Shown here piece by piece: positions 35,292-44,044 of a DNA stretch of 44,044 bases. Position 1 is the first letter of the stretch. Every line of letters begins with the position of its first letter. The notes below the pieces were generated by a model. The model made no database searches. It had not been told where the DNA came from and saw nothing but the letters and a program-made list of their open reading frames with translations. The stretch comes from Myxococcota bacterium (lineage in GTDB: Bacteria; Myxococcota_C; UBA6777). The stretch is from positions 1 to 44,044 of the forward strand of contig JAKLKB010000067.1 of NCBI GenBank assembly GCA_023150835.1. Reading direction: 5' to 3'. Both the position numbers and the translations under genes were made by a program.

Positions 35292-35951
35292 TTACTTTAC
35301 GAGGTAAAGTAGCGGGAAGAGGAAGATCCAGATGAGGTCGACAAGGTGCCAGTACAAGCCGACATTCTCAACGGGGCTATAGTAGGCTGCACTGAAAGCT
35401 CCTGTGCGGGTTTTGAGATAAATCCACAGCAAGAGCCCGATCCCGACGACAACGTGAAGTGCGTGCATTCCTGTCATCACAAAGTACAAGCCAAAAAAGA
35501 CTTCAGGATTTCCGGGGATATGCGTATAAGCGTAGTATTTTCCGGGGAAGATCCCGAGATGGAATTTGTGGGAATACTCGAAATACTTGACGACACAAAA
35601 GGCGAGCGCAAAACCGATGGTCAAGAGCAGATTGATCTCGGCCCATTTTTTGTTGCTGGTTTGGGCAGCGCGGACAGCGAGCGCCATCGTCAAGCTGCTG
35701 GTGATCAGGAACACGGTGTTGAGGGCACCCATGCTGACATCGAGATGTTCGTGGGCAGCAAGAAAGGTTTTGGGGTAGAGATAACGCAAGGCGATGTAGG
35801 CCATAAACAAGCCACTAAAGAAGAGGATTTCTTGCGCGATGAAGACCCACATCCCCAACTTCGCGGAGGCCGCCTGTTGGGCGGAGGAGTGGAAGTGGTG
35901 ATGGAGATGAGGTGGGTGTTCGGTATGTGCGTGATCGGCGACCTGACTCAT
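35292..35951 (-). CDS. ctaE: Cytochrome c oxidase subunit III
   Basis: GMWVFIAQEILFF, TGMHALHV, GLYWHLVDLIW. Confidence 0.96.
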   Translation of the reverse strand: MSQVADHAHTEHPPHLHHHFHSSAQQAASAKLGMWVFIAQEILFFSGLFMAYIALRYLYPKTFLAAHEHLDVSMGALNTVFLITSSLTMALAVRAAQTSNKKWAEINLLLTIGFALAFCVVKYFEYSHKFHLGIFPGKYYAYTHIPGNPEVFFGLYFVMTGMHALHVVVGIGLLLWIYLKTRTGAFSAAYYSPVENVGLYWHLVDLIWIFLFPLLYLVK

Positions 35952-36045
35952 AGCATGTCTCCAAGAAGTTGATGGGTTTTGGGGGCCGCATCAGAGATGC
36001 GGTCATTTCGTGTGATTCTTCGATCAGGCGGATCGAAGAAAAGAA

Positions 36046-37782
36046 TCAGTGGCCGCCGCCCAAGCTGTGATCGATTTCTTTGAAGTCGTAAGGGCCGTTG
36101 TACGCGATGGGTTGTTCGTGGAAGTTATGAGGCGAGGGGGGGGTTGCCGCTTTCCACTCCATGCTTTCTCCTGTCCAACGCAGATCGCTGTCGTTGTGGA
36201 CTTTTTTTCCAAAAAACAGCGAGTGCGTGAGATAGAACAGCGTAAAGGTCAACGCCAAGCCCAAGATCATCGAACCGACCGTCGAGATCTGGTGCATACG
36301 GGTGTAGATAGACAGAAGCTCTGGGGAGACTTGATCGTAGGTAAAGTATCGGCGGGGCATACCTTGGCTTCCCATCACAAACTGCGAAAAGAAGGTCAGG
36401 TTAAAGCCGATGAAGACAAAGATCGCCGAGATCCGACCGCACAATTCGTTGTAATGGCGTCCGAACATCTTGGCCCACCAATGGTGGATCGCGGCAAGAA
36501 AGGCCACAAGCGTCCCGCCGACCATGACGTAGTGGAAGTGTGCCACAACGAAGTAGGTGTCGTGGAGATGGACGTCTGTTGCGAGGGTGGCGAGGAAAAG
36601 GCCGGTCAATCCGCCGATGGTGAACAAAAAGATGAACGAAAGCGCGTTAAGCATCGGTGCATTGAATACAATCGAGCCTTTGTAGAGGGTGGCCACCCAG
36701 CTAAAGACCTTGATGGCGGTAGGAACAGCGACAGCAAAGGTGATCATGGAGAACAGCAGCGAAGCAAGGGGGGATTGGCCGCTGACAAACATGTGGTGGC
36801 CCCAGACAAGGAAGCCGATCAGCGCGATGGAAACGCTGGAAGCAGCGATAAATCCGTATCCAAAGATATGCTTGCGCGAATGGACGGAGATGGTTTCGCT
36901 GATCACACCGAAGGCAGGAAGGATCATGATGTACACAGCGGGGTGCGAGTAAAACCAAAAGAAGTGCTGGTACAACACAGGATCACCACCCATCGCAGGA
37001 TCAAAGATGCCGATGCCAAGGGCTCTTTCAAAGATCAGAAGCAGCAAAGTGATCGCCAAAACAGGTGTGGCGAGGATCTGGATCAAAGAAGTGGAATAGA
37101 GGGCCCACAAGAAGAGTGGGATCCGCGTCCAAGTCATCCGAGGGGCGCGCATCTTGTGAACGGTGACAACAAAGTTCACGCCTGTGAGGATAGAGGAGAA
37201 GCCGAGGATGAAGGCCCCAAAAGTCGAGGCGATCACAGCGGTGTTGGTGGAGGTACTGTAGGGAGTGTAAAAGGTCCACCCTGTATCCAAACCGCCCGAT
37301 GCAAGGGTATAAAGAAAGAACAACGCGCCTAGAACATAGATATAGAAGCTAAAGAGGTTTAGGCGCGGAAAAGCGACATCTTTTGCTCCGAGCATGAGGG
37401 GCAAAAAGAAGTTGCCAAAGGTCGCAGGGATGGACGGGATCAAGAACAAGAAGATCATGATCGCGCCGTGAAGCGTGAACAATTGGTTGTAAAGGTCGGC
37501 TGCAGCGAGTTTAAGTTCGGCTGCATTTTTTCCAGAGACAAAATAGGTCAAAAAGTCGGCACCGGGCGTAAAGAGTTCGGTGCGAATCAACAGCGCCAAG
37601 ACGCCGCCAAAAAAGAAAAAGAACAGGACAGAAGCCAGATACATCAGGCCGATACGTTTGTGATCGAGCGTAAAAAGCCACGACATGATCGAGTTGTCGA
37701 CGTTGAGGTAATCTTTTTCTTCTGCATGACCGGTGGCGGATGGGCCTCCACCCGGACGAATCGCATCTGTTGCAGTCGTCAT
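36046..37782 (-). CDS. ctaD: Cytochrome c oxidase subunit I, type A2
   Basis: [47 protein letters not shown]. Confidence 0.98.
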   Translation of the reverse strand: MTTATDAIRPGGGPSATGHAEEKDYLNVDNSIMSWLFTLDHKRIGLMYLASVLFFFFFGGVLALLIRTELFTPGADFLTYFVSGKNAAELKLAAADLYNQLFTLHGAIMIFLFLIPSIPATFGNFFLPLMLGAKDVAFPRLNLFSFYIYVLGALFFLYTLASGGLDTGWTFYTPYSTSTNTAVIASTFGAFILGFSSILTGVNFVVTVHKMRAPRMTWTRIPLFLWALYSTSLIQILATPVLAITLLLLIFERALGIGIFDPAMGGDPVLYQHFFWFYSHPAVYIMILPAFGVISETISVHSRKHIFGYGFIAASSVSIALIGFLVWGHHMFVSGQSPLASLLFSMITFAVAVPTAIKVFSWVATLYKGSIVFNAPMLNALSFIFLFTIGGLTGLFLATLATDVHLHDTYFVVAHFHYVMVGGTLVAFLAAIHHWWAKMFGRHYNELCGRISAIFVFIGFNLTFFSQFVMGSQGMPRRYFTYDQVSPELLSIYTRMHQISTVGSMILGLALTFTLFYLTHSLFFGKKVHNDSDLRWTGESMEWKAATPPSPHNFHEQPIAYNGPYDFKEIDHSLGGGH

Positions 37783-37825
37783 GCTTTCACCTTTCTACAT
37801 GATCAAGCAAAAGTCCGAAAAGGAC

Positions 37826-38893
37826 TTACTTCTTTTGAGCGTTATATTTTCCGTTGACGGATTGGATGTACGCAACAAGAGCGCGCAATTGTTTCGCATC
37901 AAGTTGACCTTTAAAGGTCGGCATCGCCGCAGGAAAACCTTTGGCGATTTTACGGTTGGGATATTCGATCGATTCGATGATATAGTCGTCGTCCATTTGG
38001 CCCGATGTTCCGTCGGCAAATTCGATCTTGGCACCATAGCGACCTTTAAACGACGGCCCCAAAACAGCGGTCCCATCGACGGAGTGACAGGTGTTGCATG
38101 TTTTGCTTGTGTAGAGTTCTTGCCCAAGGACATCCAAGGGCTTGTCGCTGCCGGCATCTTTCTCTTTTTCGGCGACCCATTTTTCGTAATGTGCCTGAGA
38201 GAGAACGTAGACTTTTCGCATCATCATCGAGTGCTGTTGGCCGCAGTACTCGGCGCAAAAGAGATTGTAGGGCTTGGAGAGGCTGACGTCGCCCCATTTT
38301 CCGGTCTTTGGATCTTGTTTTCGTGCGGTTTCTTCGGGCCATGTTCCCGTGGCTTGGCGCGCTTCAAACCAAAGAACCGTCGAGCGTTTGGGGATCACGT
38401 CGCGTTTGATCCGAAACTCGGGCAGGTAGAAACTGTGAAGAACATCGTTCGAGGTCATCACAAGTTTGATCGGTTTTTTCTCGGGGACATAGAGATTGGG
38501 CGAAGTGAAGGTGGTGTTGGGGGTGTTGTAAGTGAACTCCCAGCCCCATTTCCACGCACGCACTTGGATCTCCATCGCGTTGGCGGGGGGGACGTTGAGG
38601 GTGACCCACGCTTTGAATCCCCAAAAGAAGATCACAGCGAGCAAAACAGTCGGGATAGCGGTCCACCAGAGTTCAAGCGTGTTGCTGTGGGCGATAGGGC
38701 TGGTGCGTTGATCTGCGCTTTTTCGGCGATATCTCAGAGAGAAGTACACCATCGCAGCGATGATGCCGACAAAAAAGATCACAGACAGGTAATAGATAAA
38801 ATAGAAGACATTGTCGAGTTCTACTGCAACGTCCGAAGCCTGACGCGGCATCCAAAAGGTTGCAGTTGCGATGAGATGGTTGAGAGCGTTCAC
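37826..38893 (-). CDS. ctaC: Cytochrome c oxidase subunit II with fused cytochrome c (caa3 type)
   Basis: DVLHSF and CuA motif CAEYCGQQHSMM; C-terminal CNTCH. GTG start overlaps the SCO stop (GTGA). Confidence 0.95.
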   Translation of the reverse strand: MNALNHLIATATFWMPRQASDVAVELDNVFYFIYYLSVIFFVGIIAAMVYFSLRYRRKSADQRTSPIAHSNTLELWWTAIPTVLLAVIFFWGFKAWVTLNVPPANAMEIQVRAWKWGWEFTYNTPNTTFTSPNLYVPEKKPIKLVMTSNDVLHSFYLPEFRIKRDVIPKRSTVLWFEARQATGTWPEETARKQDPKTGKWGDVSLSKPYNLFCAEYCGQQHSMMMRKVYVLSQAHYEKWVAEKEKDAGSDKPLDVLGQELYTSKTCNTCHSVDGTAVLGPSFKGRYGAKIEFADGTSGQMDDDYIIESIEYPNRKIAKGFPAAMPTFKGQLDAKQLRALVAYIQSVNGKYNAQKK

Positions 38894-39765
38894 GTCGCAT
38901 TCTCCACTTCTTTGCGTTGACGTTCGCGGATCCACAGGGTGGCCAAAAACAAGGCCAAAGCGAGCAAGGTCAAGATGCCTCCAAGCCGAACCAACCCAAA
39001 AGCAAACGTCGTGTATTTTCCGCTTGAGTCATCGTACATAAAACAGCTCATGATGAGCTGATCGAGGTACGATCCGATTTTGCCTTGTGAGGCTTCGATC
39101 AACGAAAATTTCAGATCGTTTGGTGTGTAGGCGACTTTTTGGCGGTACGTCGAGAGGTTGAGGTATTTCGAGATCTTTCCGTTGGGTGTGAGGACAAAGA
39201 TCACAGCCGGATGTGCGTACTGCTGATTTCGCGGGATGTATTTGTAGCCGAAGCCAAGGCTCTTTGCAAGACTGCGGATATCGGCATCTTTCCCCACCAT
39301 AAAAGTCCATTCGATGTGTTGTGGGGCGAGAGACTTGAGGTAGGCGGCGCGTTTTTTTGCAGCGAGATCAGCTGTTTCTTTGGGGTTGATGCTGATGGTC
39401 ACGATGCGTGTTTTTTGTAGGATCGAAGCCTCGGTGTGTTGGAGTCCATGAACGAGGCCATTGAGTTGCATCGTGCAGAGCATCGGGCAATTGTAGTAGT
39501 TGAGCGTGAGGATGACAGGGCGTCCGTCGCGAAAAAAATCGCGTAGTGGGCGGGACTTGCCTTCGTGATCTTGGAAGATGCGTTCGAGGTTGATCGATTG
39601 CCCGAGCATTTGTCGGACATCGACTCCGCTGAGTTCGGTGGGTTTTTGAGAAGAGACTGCATCTGCGGGTGGCTTTTTATCAGACGAAGAAGCCGACGCA
39701 AGGAAAGGCAGATTTCCCGCGAGCACCAACAATCCGATCCATGCGCCAAAGACAACAATACGCAT
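38890..39765 (-). CDS. SCO/SenC family copper chaperone
   Basis: YYNCPMLC, YAHPA, C-terminal CFMYD plus TM helix. ATG at 39765 follows GGAAGGA. Confidence 0.92.
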   Translation of the reverse strand: MRIVVFGAWIGLLVLAGNLPFLASASSSDKKPPADAVSSQKPTELSGVDVRQMLGQSINLERIFQDHEGKSRPLRDFFRDGRPVILTLNYYNCPMLCTMQLNGLVHGLQHTEASILQKTRIVTISINPKETADLAAKKRAAYLKSLAPQHIEWTFMVGKDADIRSLAKSLGFGYKYIPRNQQYAHPAVIFVLTPNGKISKYLNLSTYRQKVAYTPNDLKFSLIEASQGKIGSYLDQLIMSCFMYDDSSGKYTTFAFGLVRLGGILTLLALALFLATLWIRERQRKEVENAT

Positions 39766-40000
39766 CGTTTCCTTCCACGGTGAAAGCATCCGCAAAACAG
39801 AACGTGCGTGCGGATGCTGTGGTATCCCCCCAAACAACACAAAACAGGCTGGGGTTGCAGTCCGACAGACTACACTGTTTTATGTTTCAAACAAAAGGAG
39901 CCAGCACGGAAGTGATGGAGTATCGAGGCTTGAGAGGCGTATCGCCATCTCAAAGAGCGAGGTGTCCTTGTCGTGCGAGAAAGCGTAGACAAAAACAACG

Positions 40001-41203
40001 CTATTTTTTCAAAGACACCAGAAACTTGGCGATATCCCATCGGGTATTTTCGGGGATATGGGTATAGCCCACCATGCCGGAGGCTTTGTTGGGGGAGCCG
40101 TTGGAGAGGACTTTGTAGATATCACCAAGGCTGTTGCCGTATTTGTAGTTCGCAAGCACAAAGTTGGCGGGTTTGACGGGCAAAGCGGCGGCAGCGGCTC
40201 CGTCGCCTTTGCCTTCATTGCCGTGACAAGTCCAACAAGCATTCGCTTGGTAGGCTTGTTTCCCGCGTGCGATGGCGGCGGTATCTACGGCAGGGGCTTG
40301 GGGGCGAGGGGCAGGGGCTTGAGCGCGAGCAGCGGGCCGAGGCGCGGGGCTTGGCGCTTTTGGTGCAACAGGTGCAGCGGAGGCTTTCAACGAAAAGACG
40401 TACTTGGCAAGCGACCAGCGATCATTTTCGGGGATATGGGTATAAGCCACCATGCCAGAGGCTTTGTTGGGAGAGCCGTTGGAAAGGACTTTGAAGATAT
40501 CGCCTAGGTTGCCGCCGTATTTGTAGTTACCGAGTGCGAAATTCGCGGGTTTGACGGGCAAAGCGGCAGCAGCGGCTCCGTCGCCTTTGCCTTCGTTGCC
40601 ATGACAAGTCCAACAAGCATTCGCTTGGTAAAGTTTTTTGCCCGCAGCGATGGAAGCTGCGTCGATCTGGGGAGCGGGTGGAGGGATATCGCGACGAAGG
40701 GTGGGAGCAGCTTTGGGAGCTTCGCGGCGAGCGGTGGGGGCAGCTTTGGGAGCCTCACGACGAGCGACAGGGGCAGGAGCCTCGCGGCGGGGCGTGGGAG
40801 CGGAAGCCTCTTGCGTGGGAGAGAATGTCTTGAAGTATTGGGGATGTTTGATCAGGTATTGGATCCCCTGTTCGATGGGAGCGACATCATAGGTGACGTT
40901 TTGGGTACGGCCTTGGATCTCGACGCTTGCGGAGACTTGTCCGCCTTTTTGGGCGAGAGCCTGATCTTTTTGGCGGAAGGCAACGGAATCTGCGCGGATG
41001 GATGTCTCTTTTTCAAGGATATCCCTTGTCGTCCAAAAGCCGAGTATTTGTGTCGCAGCGACCATCGCGCCGACGATGGCGACGCTCAGGAACGTTAAAA
41101 AAGCCCCCAAACCAGCCGTATAGGGCTTGTCGTCTTCGAAGCCTTGGAGGTCGGCGGCGTGGGTGGATTCTTGTTTGGATTTGTCTTTCTCGTGGGTACT
41201 CAC
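40001..41203 (-). CDS. Single-TM protein with two tandem cytochrome c domains (in the ActG-like position)
   Basis: One TM helix, then two near-identical ANACWTCH...GM domains with Pro/Ala linkers. Start likely GTG 41203; ORF is open to 41254. Confidence 0.85.
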   Translation of the reverse strand: MSTHEKDKSKQESTHAADLQGFEDDKPYTAGLGAFLTFLSVAIVGAMVAATQILGFWTTRDILEKETSIRADSVAFRQKDQALAQKGGQVSASVEIQGRTQNVTYDVAPIEQGIQYLIKHPQYFKTFSPTQEASAPTPRREAPAPVARREAPKAAPTARREAPKAAPTLRRDIPPPAPQIDAASIAAGKKLYQANACWTCHGNEGKGDGAAAAALPVKPANFALGNYKYGGNLGDIFKVLSNGSPNKASGMVAYTHIPENDRWSLAKYVFSLKASAAPVAPKAPSPAPRPAARAQAPAPRPQAPAVDTAAIARGKQAYQANACWTCHGNEGKGDGAAAAALPVKPANFVLANYKYGNSLGDIYKVLSNGSPNKASGMVGYTHIPENTRWDIAKFLVSLKK

Positions 41204-41379
41204 GGTTTCTGCCTCGATCGCTGATGTAGGGGGTAAAGAGCCTGTACGCAGCACGAGGCGACCGCCGAAACGGTCGCCTCTTAATGTTGCGCATTCCCTT
41301 GATTTTTGGGGGGACGTGGATTGTACAAGCAGTTCAAACCACCGTCACTCTAGGAGATACGATGATTTGAGGACTTTGC

Positions 41380-42663
41380 TTAAACGTTCTCAAAAGCCAA
41401 GGATTCCTTGAGTCGGGGATCTTTGGCAGGGATCAAGTTGTTTTCGCCTGCCCAACGGAGTACGCTGGCGATGAAAAGCCCGCCGATACCGACAAAGTTG
41501 GCGAGAACAGGCAAGAGATGCAGCACGGAGAAATGAAACTCTTTGTGCATCGCGTGGCCGATCTGGTGGTACACAGAAGGCATGATCAACCAGTAGAGAT
41601 CGACGGCGTGGAGAACGAGCATCCAAACACAAGCGAACATCAGGGCTGTGGCATTGCGCTTGATGTGTCTGGACATCAAGAAAAAGAACGGAAGCACAAA
41701 GTGGCCAAACACGAGCAGTCCTGTCAAGCCACCCCAATTTTTGAGACGATCCGCGTACCACGTCGTTTCTTCGGGGATATTTCCATACCACTGAAGGAAG
41801 TATTGGGAAAAGCCGATATAGCTCCAAAAGACCACGAAGCCAAACAACAGCTTGCCGATATCTTGGTAGTGCTCATCTGTGATCAGATCACCGAGAAGCC
41901 CGGTACGACGGAGTCCGTGACCAAACAGCGCAAGCGTCGAGTAGATGGCGATGAGGGCACCCGCAAAGAAGTAAACGCCGAAAATGGTCGAGAACCAGTG
42001 CGGAGCGAGCGACATAATCCAGTCGAAAGAGGCGAAGGTCACGGTCATCGCGAACAGAACGATCCCTACAGGGCTGAGGCCGCGTTGTTGATGCGAAAGA
42101 GCGACGTCGCCTGTGGTGTCTTGAGCGATCGAACGCTTGAGGTAGAACCAGCTCAGCCCGTACCATACGACAAAATAGAAGACCACACGGATCAAGAAGA
42201 AGTTGACATTCAGGTAGGGGGCTTTGGCTTTCAAGAAGACGTCTTTGGGATCGGGATGAACCCACTCATGAAAGAGTGAAGGCAAGCCGATCAGGATCGG
42301 GATAAACAGCAAAGCCATCAACGGCAAGACGATCCCGCCCACACGCAAGTACAGGCCACCCATCACAAACTCTGCAAGGCGGCGAACGACCGTACTCCAT
42401 GCTGCACGCGTGGCGTGGTGAACCAGCACAAAAAACATCCCGCCCAAGATGATGGACAAGAAGAACAAGAAAGCGAACATATACGAGCCATAATAAACAG
42501 CGATGGTTTTTTTGTCGAACATCAGAGCCGACAAAGCACCCACCGCAAGGCCACCAAGCCCCGCAAACAGGGCCAGATCCGCAAACCGACGCCACGGGTG
42601 GTTTGCAGGCAACGTAATCTTTTCAGGAGCAAGGGGGAGTTCAGACGTGTGATGACCGCTCAC
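41380..42663 (-). CDS. actF: Alternative complex III subunit F
   Basis: About 10 TM helices. AAWSTVVRR, KAPYLN, DWIMSLAPHWFSTIFG, FSQYFLQWYGNIPEET, DPRL. GTG overlaps the actE stop. Confidence 0.92.
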   Translation of the reverse strand: MSGHHTSELPLAPEKITLPANHPWRRFADLALFAGLGGLAVGALSALMFDKKTIAVYYGSYMFAFLFFLSIILGGMFFVLVHHATRAAWSTVVRRLAEFVMGGLYLRVGGIVLPLMALLFIPILIGLPSLFHEWVHPDPKDVFLKAKAPYLNVNFFLIRVVFYFVVWYGLSWFYLKRSIAQDTTGDVALSHQQRGLSPVGIVLFAMTVTFASFDWIMSLAPHWFSTIFGVYFFAGALIAIYSTLALFGHGLRRTGLLGDLITDEHYQDIGKLLFGFVVFWSYIGFSQYFLQWYGNIPEETTWYADRLKNWGGLTGLLVFGHFVLPFFFLMSRHIKRNATALMFACVWMLVLHAVDLYWLIMPSVYHQIGHAMHKEFHFSVLHLLPVLANFVGIGGLFIASVLRWAGENNLIPAKDPRLKESLAFENV

Positions 42664-43340
42664 TTGCGCTCTCCTTTCTGTGCAACGCCCGGGAGGCGAG
42701 TCAATTGTAGAGCGCGGACATAGGCCACAATCGCCCAACGATCGAGGGTTTCGACTTGTGAGGCAAACGAGGGCATGGTACGCACGCCTTTTGCCATCGC
42801 TTCGTAGATCTGGCCCGGCGCCATCTTGCGAACGTAATCGGAATGAAGATTCTGAGGAACAAGGCCATTCGAGTACTTCGTCACGATGCCCTTGCCATCG
42901 CCGCTATAGCCATGACAAGGCGTGCAATAGATATTGAACTGCTCTTGGCCACGAGCGAGCAGCGCAGCATCCAACTTGAGCGTATGGCCGGGAGCATAAC
43001 CAAGCCGTTTCATCACGGCGGTCGATTCGGCTTTTTTGTCGATGGTGGGAACGGCATCAACATAGCTGCCGTCGGTTTTTTTTCCGTGGTGCCAAGCGCT
43101 GTCGCCTCGCGTCCAACCACGGGCGACTGTGCCGTCGACCAAGGGGCGCATCCCACGGGCATCTTGGAAAAAGAGATTTTCTTCTTGGGCATCAATGCGC
43201 TTTTGGCTGTCCATATTCCAGTTTGGGTGGATCGGCGGATTCGAGGACATCTGCCCACGACATCCGCTCAACAGCAAGCTGGTACACAGCAGACCGGCGC
43301 AAGAAATAGGCACAAACCAGCGTGAAAACAGGGACATCAT
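42660..43340 (-). CDS. actE: Alternative complex III subunit E (monohaem cytochrome c lipoprotein)
   Basis: Lipobox LLSGC; PPIHPNWNMDSQ, GTVARG, CTPCH, DRWAIVAYVRALQ. Confidence 0.93.
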   Translation of the reverse strand: MMSLFSRWFVPISCAGLLCTSLLLSGCRGQMSSNPPIHPNWNMDSQKRIDAQEENLFFQDARGMRPLVDGTVARGWTRGDSAWHHGKKTDGSYVDAVPTIDKKAESTAVMKRLGYAPGHTLKLDAALLARGQEQFNIYCTPCHGYSGDGKGIVTKYSNGLVPQNLHSDYVRKMAPGQIYEAMAKGVRTMPSFASQVETLDRWAIVAYVRALQLTRLPGVAQKGERK

Positions 43341-43357
43341 TGAACTTCTCCGGTCGC

Positions 43358-43909
43358 TTAAAGCTCGATCATCTCGGTGTGTTTGGCACCGATCTTTTTC
43401 AAGAACGCGGTAGTTTTTTCGGGATCAAACTGCGGATCGACGGCTTCGATCGAGATAAAGAACTTGTCATCGCTTGCTCGCTCAAATCGAGCGGACTTGA
43501 ACAACGGGTGATAGTGCATCGGGAGTTTGTTGAGGGCCAACATCCCGCCGATCGCACCGACCGCACCGAAGAGTACGCCAAGTTCGAAAGTCACAGGCAC
43601 AAAAGCTTGCCAGCTAAAGAGGGGCTTTGCGCTGATCACTAGGGGATAATCGACCACGCTCGTCCACCACTGCATCAACATCCCAAGCGCTGCCCCCGTC
43701 ATACCGCACACCAGAGCGATCCAAGGGACTTTGGAGGCAGGGATGCCCATCGCCTTTTCCAACCCGTGAACGGGGAAAGGAGTGTGCGCGTCCCACTTGC
43801 GAAAGCCCGCATCACGGACTTCTTCGCAAGCGTGATAGAGTTCGGCAGTCGAATCAAATTCGGCCAAGACACCGAACCATTTTTGTTGTTCTTCCTTTTG
43901 CCACTTCAT
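43358..43909 (-). CDS. actD: Alternative complex III subunit D (DUF3341)
   Basis: GVLAEF, WDAHTPFPVHG, AFVPVTFELGVL, HPLF..ERASDDKF. Start ATG 43909 is probable; ORF is open to 44023. Confidence 0.92.
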   Translation of the reverse strand: MKWQKEEQQKWFGVLAEFDSTAELYHACEEVRDAGFRKWDAHTPFPVHGLEKAMGIPASKVPWIALVCGMTGAALGMLMQWWTSVVDYPLVISAKPLFSWQAFVPVTFELGVLFGAVGAIGGMLALNKLPMHYHPLFKSARFERASDDKFFISIEAVDPQFDPEKTTAFLKKIGAKHTEMIEL

Positions 43910-44044
43910 CGTTTTTAAGGCGCGGAGACCCCCTTCTTTAGAGGGGGGAGGAAGCGCCGCCCTTTCTTTGTGTTGTGAGGGTGGTGGTTCGTGCGGCCAG
44001 CCGAGTGGTGGCCTTCTTGACATTGACGGAAGTGGTGAGGGTTT

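Noticed and set aside
36046-43909. ACIII plus A2-type caa3 clustering as a novelty, and apparent absence of actABC and haem a synthesis genes
   Set aside because: The linkage is well established. actABC probably lie beyond the right window edge, and ctaA/ctaB can be elsewhere.

Overview
Bacterial chromosomal window with no rRNA, tRNA or CRISPR array detected. Gene content suggests a Myxococcota-like or deltaproteobacterial host (inference only). From left to right it holds: an Xaa-Pro aminopeptidase; a five-gene YehL/M/P/Q-like operon (SWIM-like Zn finger, unknown protein, vWA, MoxR AAA+, DUF5682); transaldolase; an orphan ORF; a Cys-rich/SBBP beta-propeller lipoprotein; a secreted agmatine/peptidylarginine-deiminase-family lipoprotein; a ~1500-aa protein with a clear voltage-sensor (S1-S4) domain but no recognisable pore signature; an AI-2E transporter; apaG; an M50B peptidase; thiolase and FadN; and a long minus-strand respiratory region. 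That region runs actD-actE-actF, a dihaem cytochrome c, SCO, an A2-type caa3 oxidase, two more cytochrome c proteins and a B12 radical SAM gene. Four things stand out. (1) The giant pore-less voltage-sensor protein has an unusually long S4. (2) One cytochrome c module is pasted four times into ACIII/oxidase-associated genes, including onto oxidase subunit IV. (3) A GTAG-REP-carrying MITE and an internally deleted IS5 are stacked, TTA to TTA, inside the terminal inverted repeat of a second MITE family. (4) The MoxR-vWA-DUF5682 system carries TraB/TIKI-like hydrolase motifs. All family assignments are from motif recognition by eye, with no database searches.
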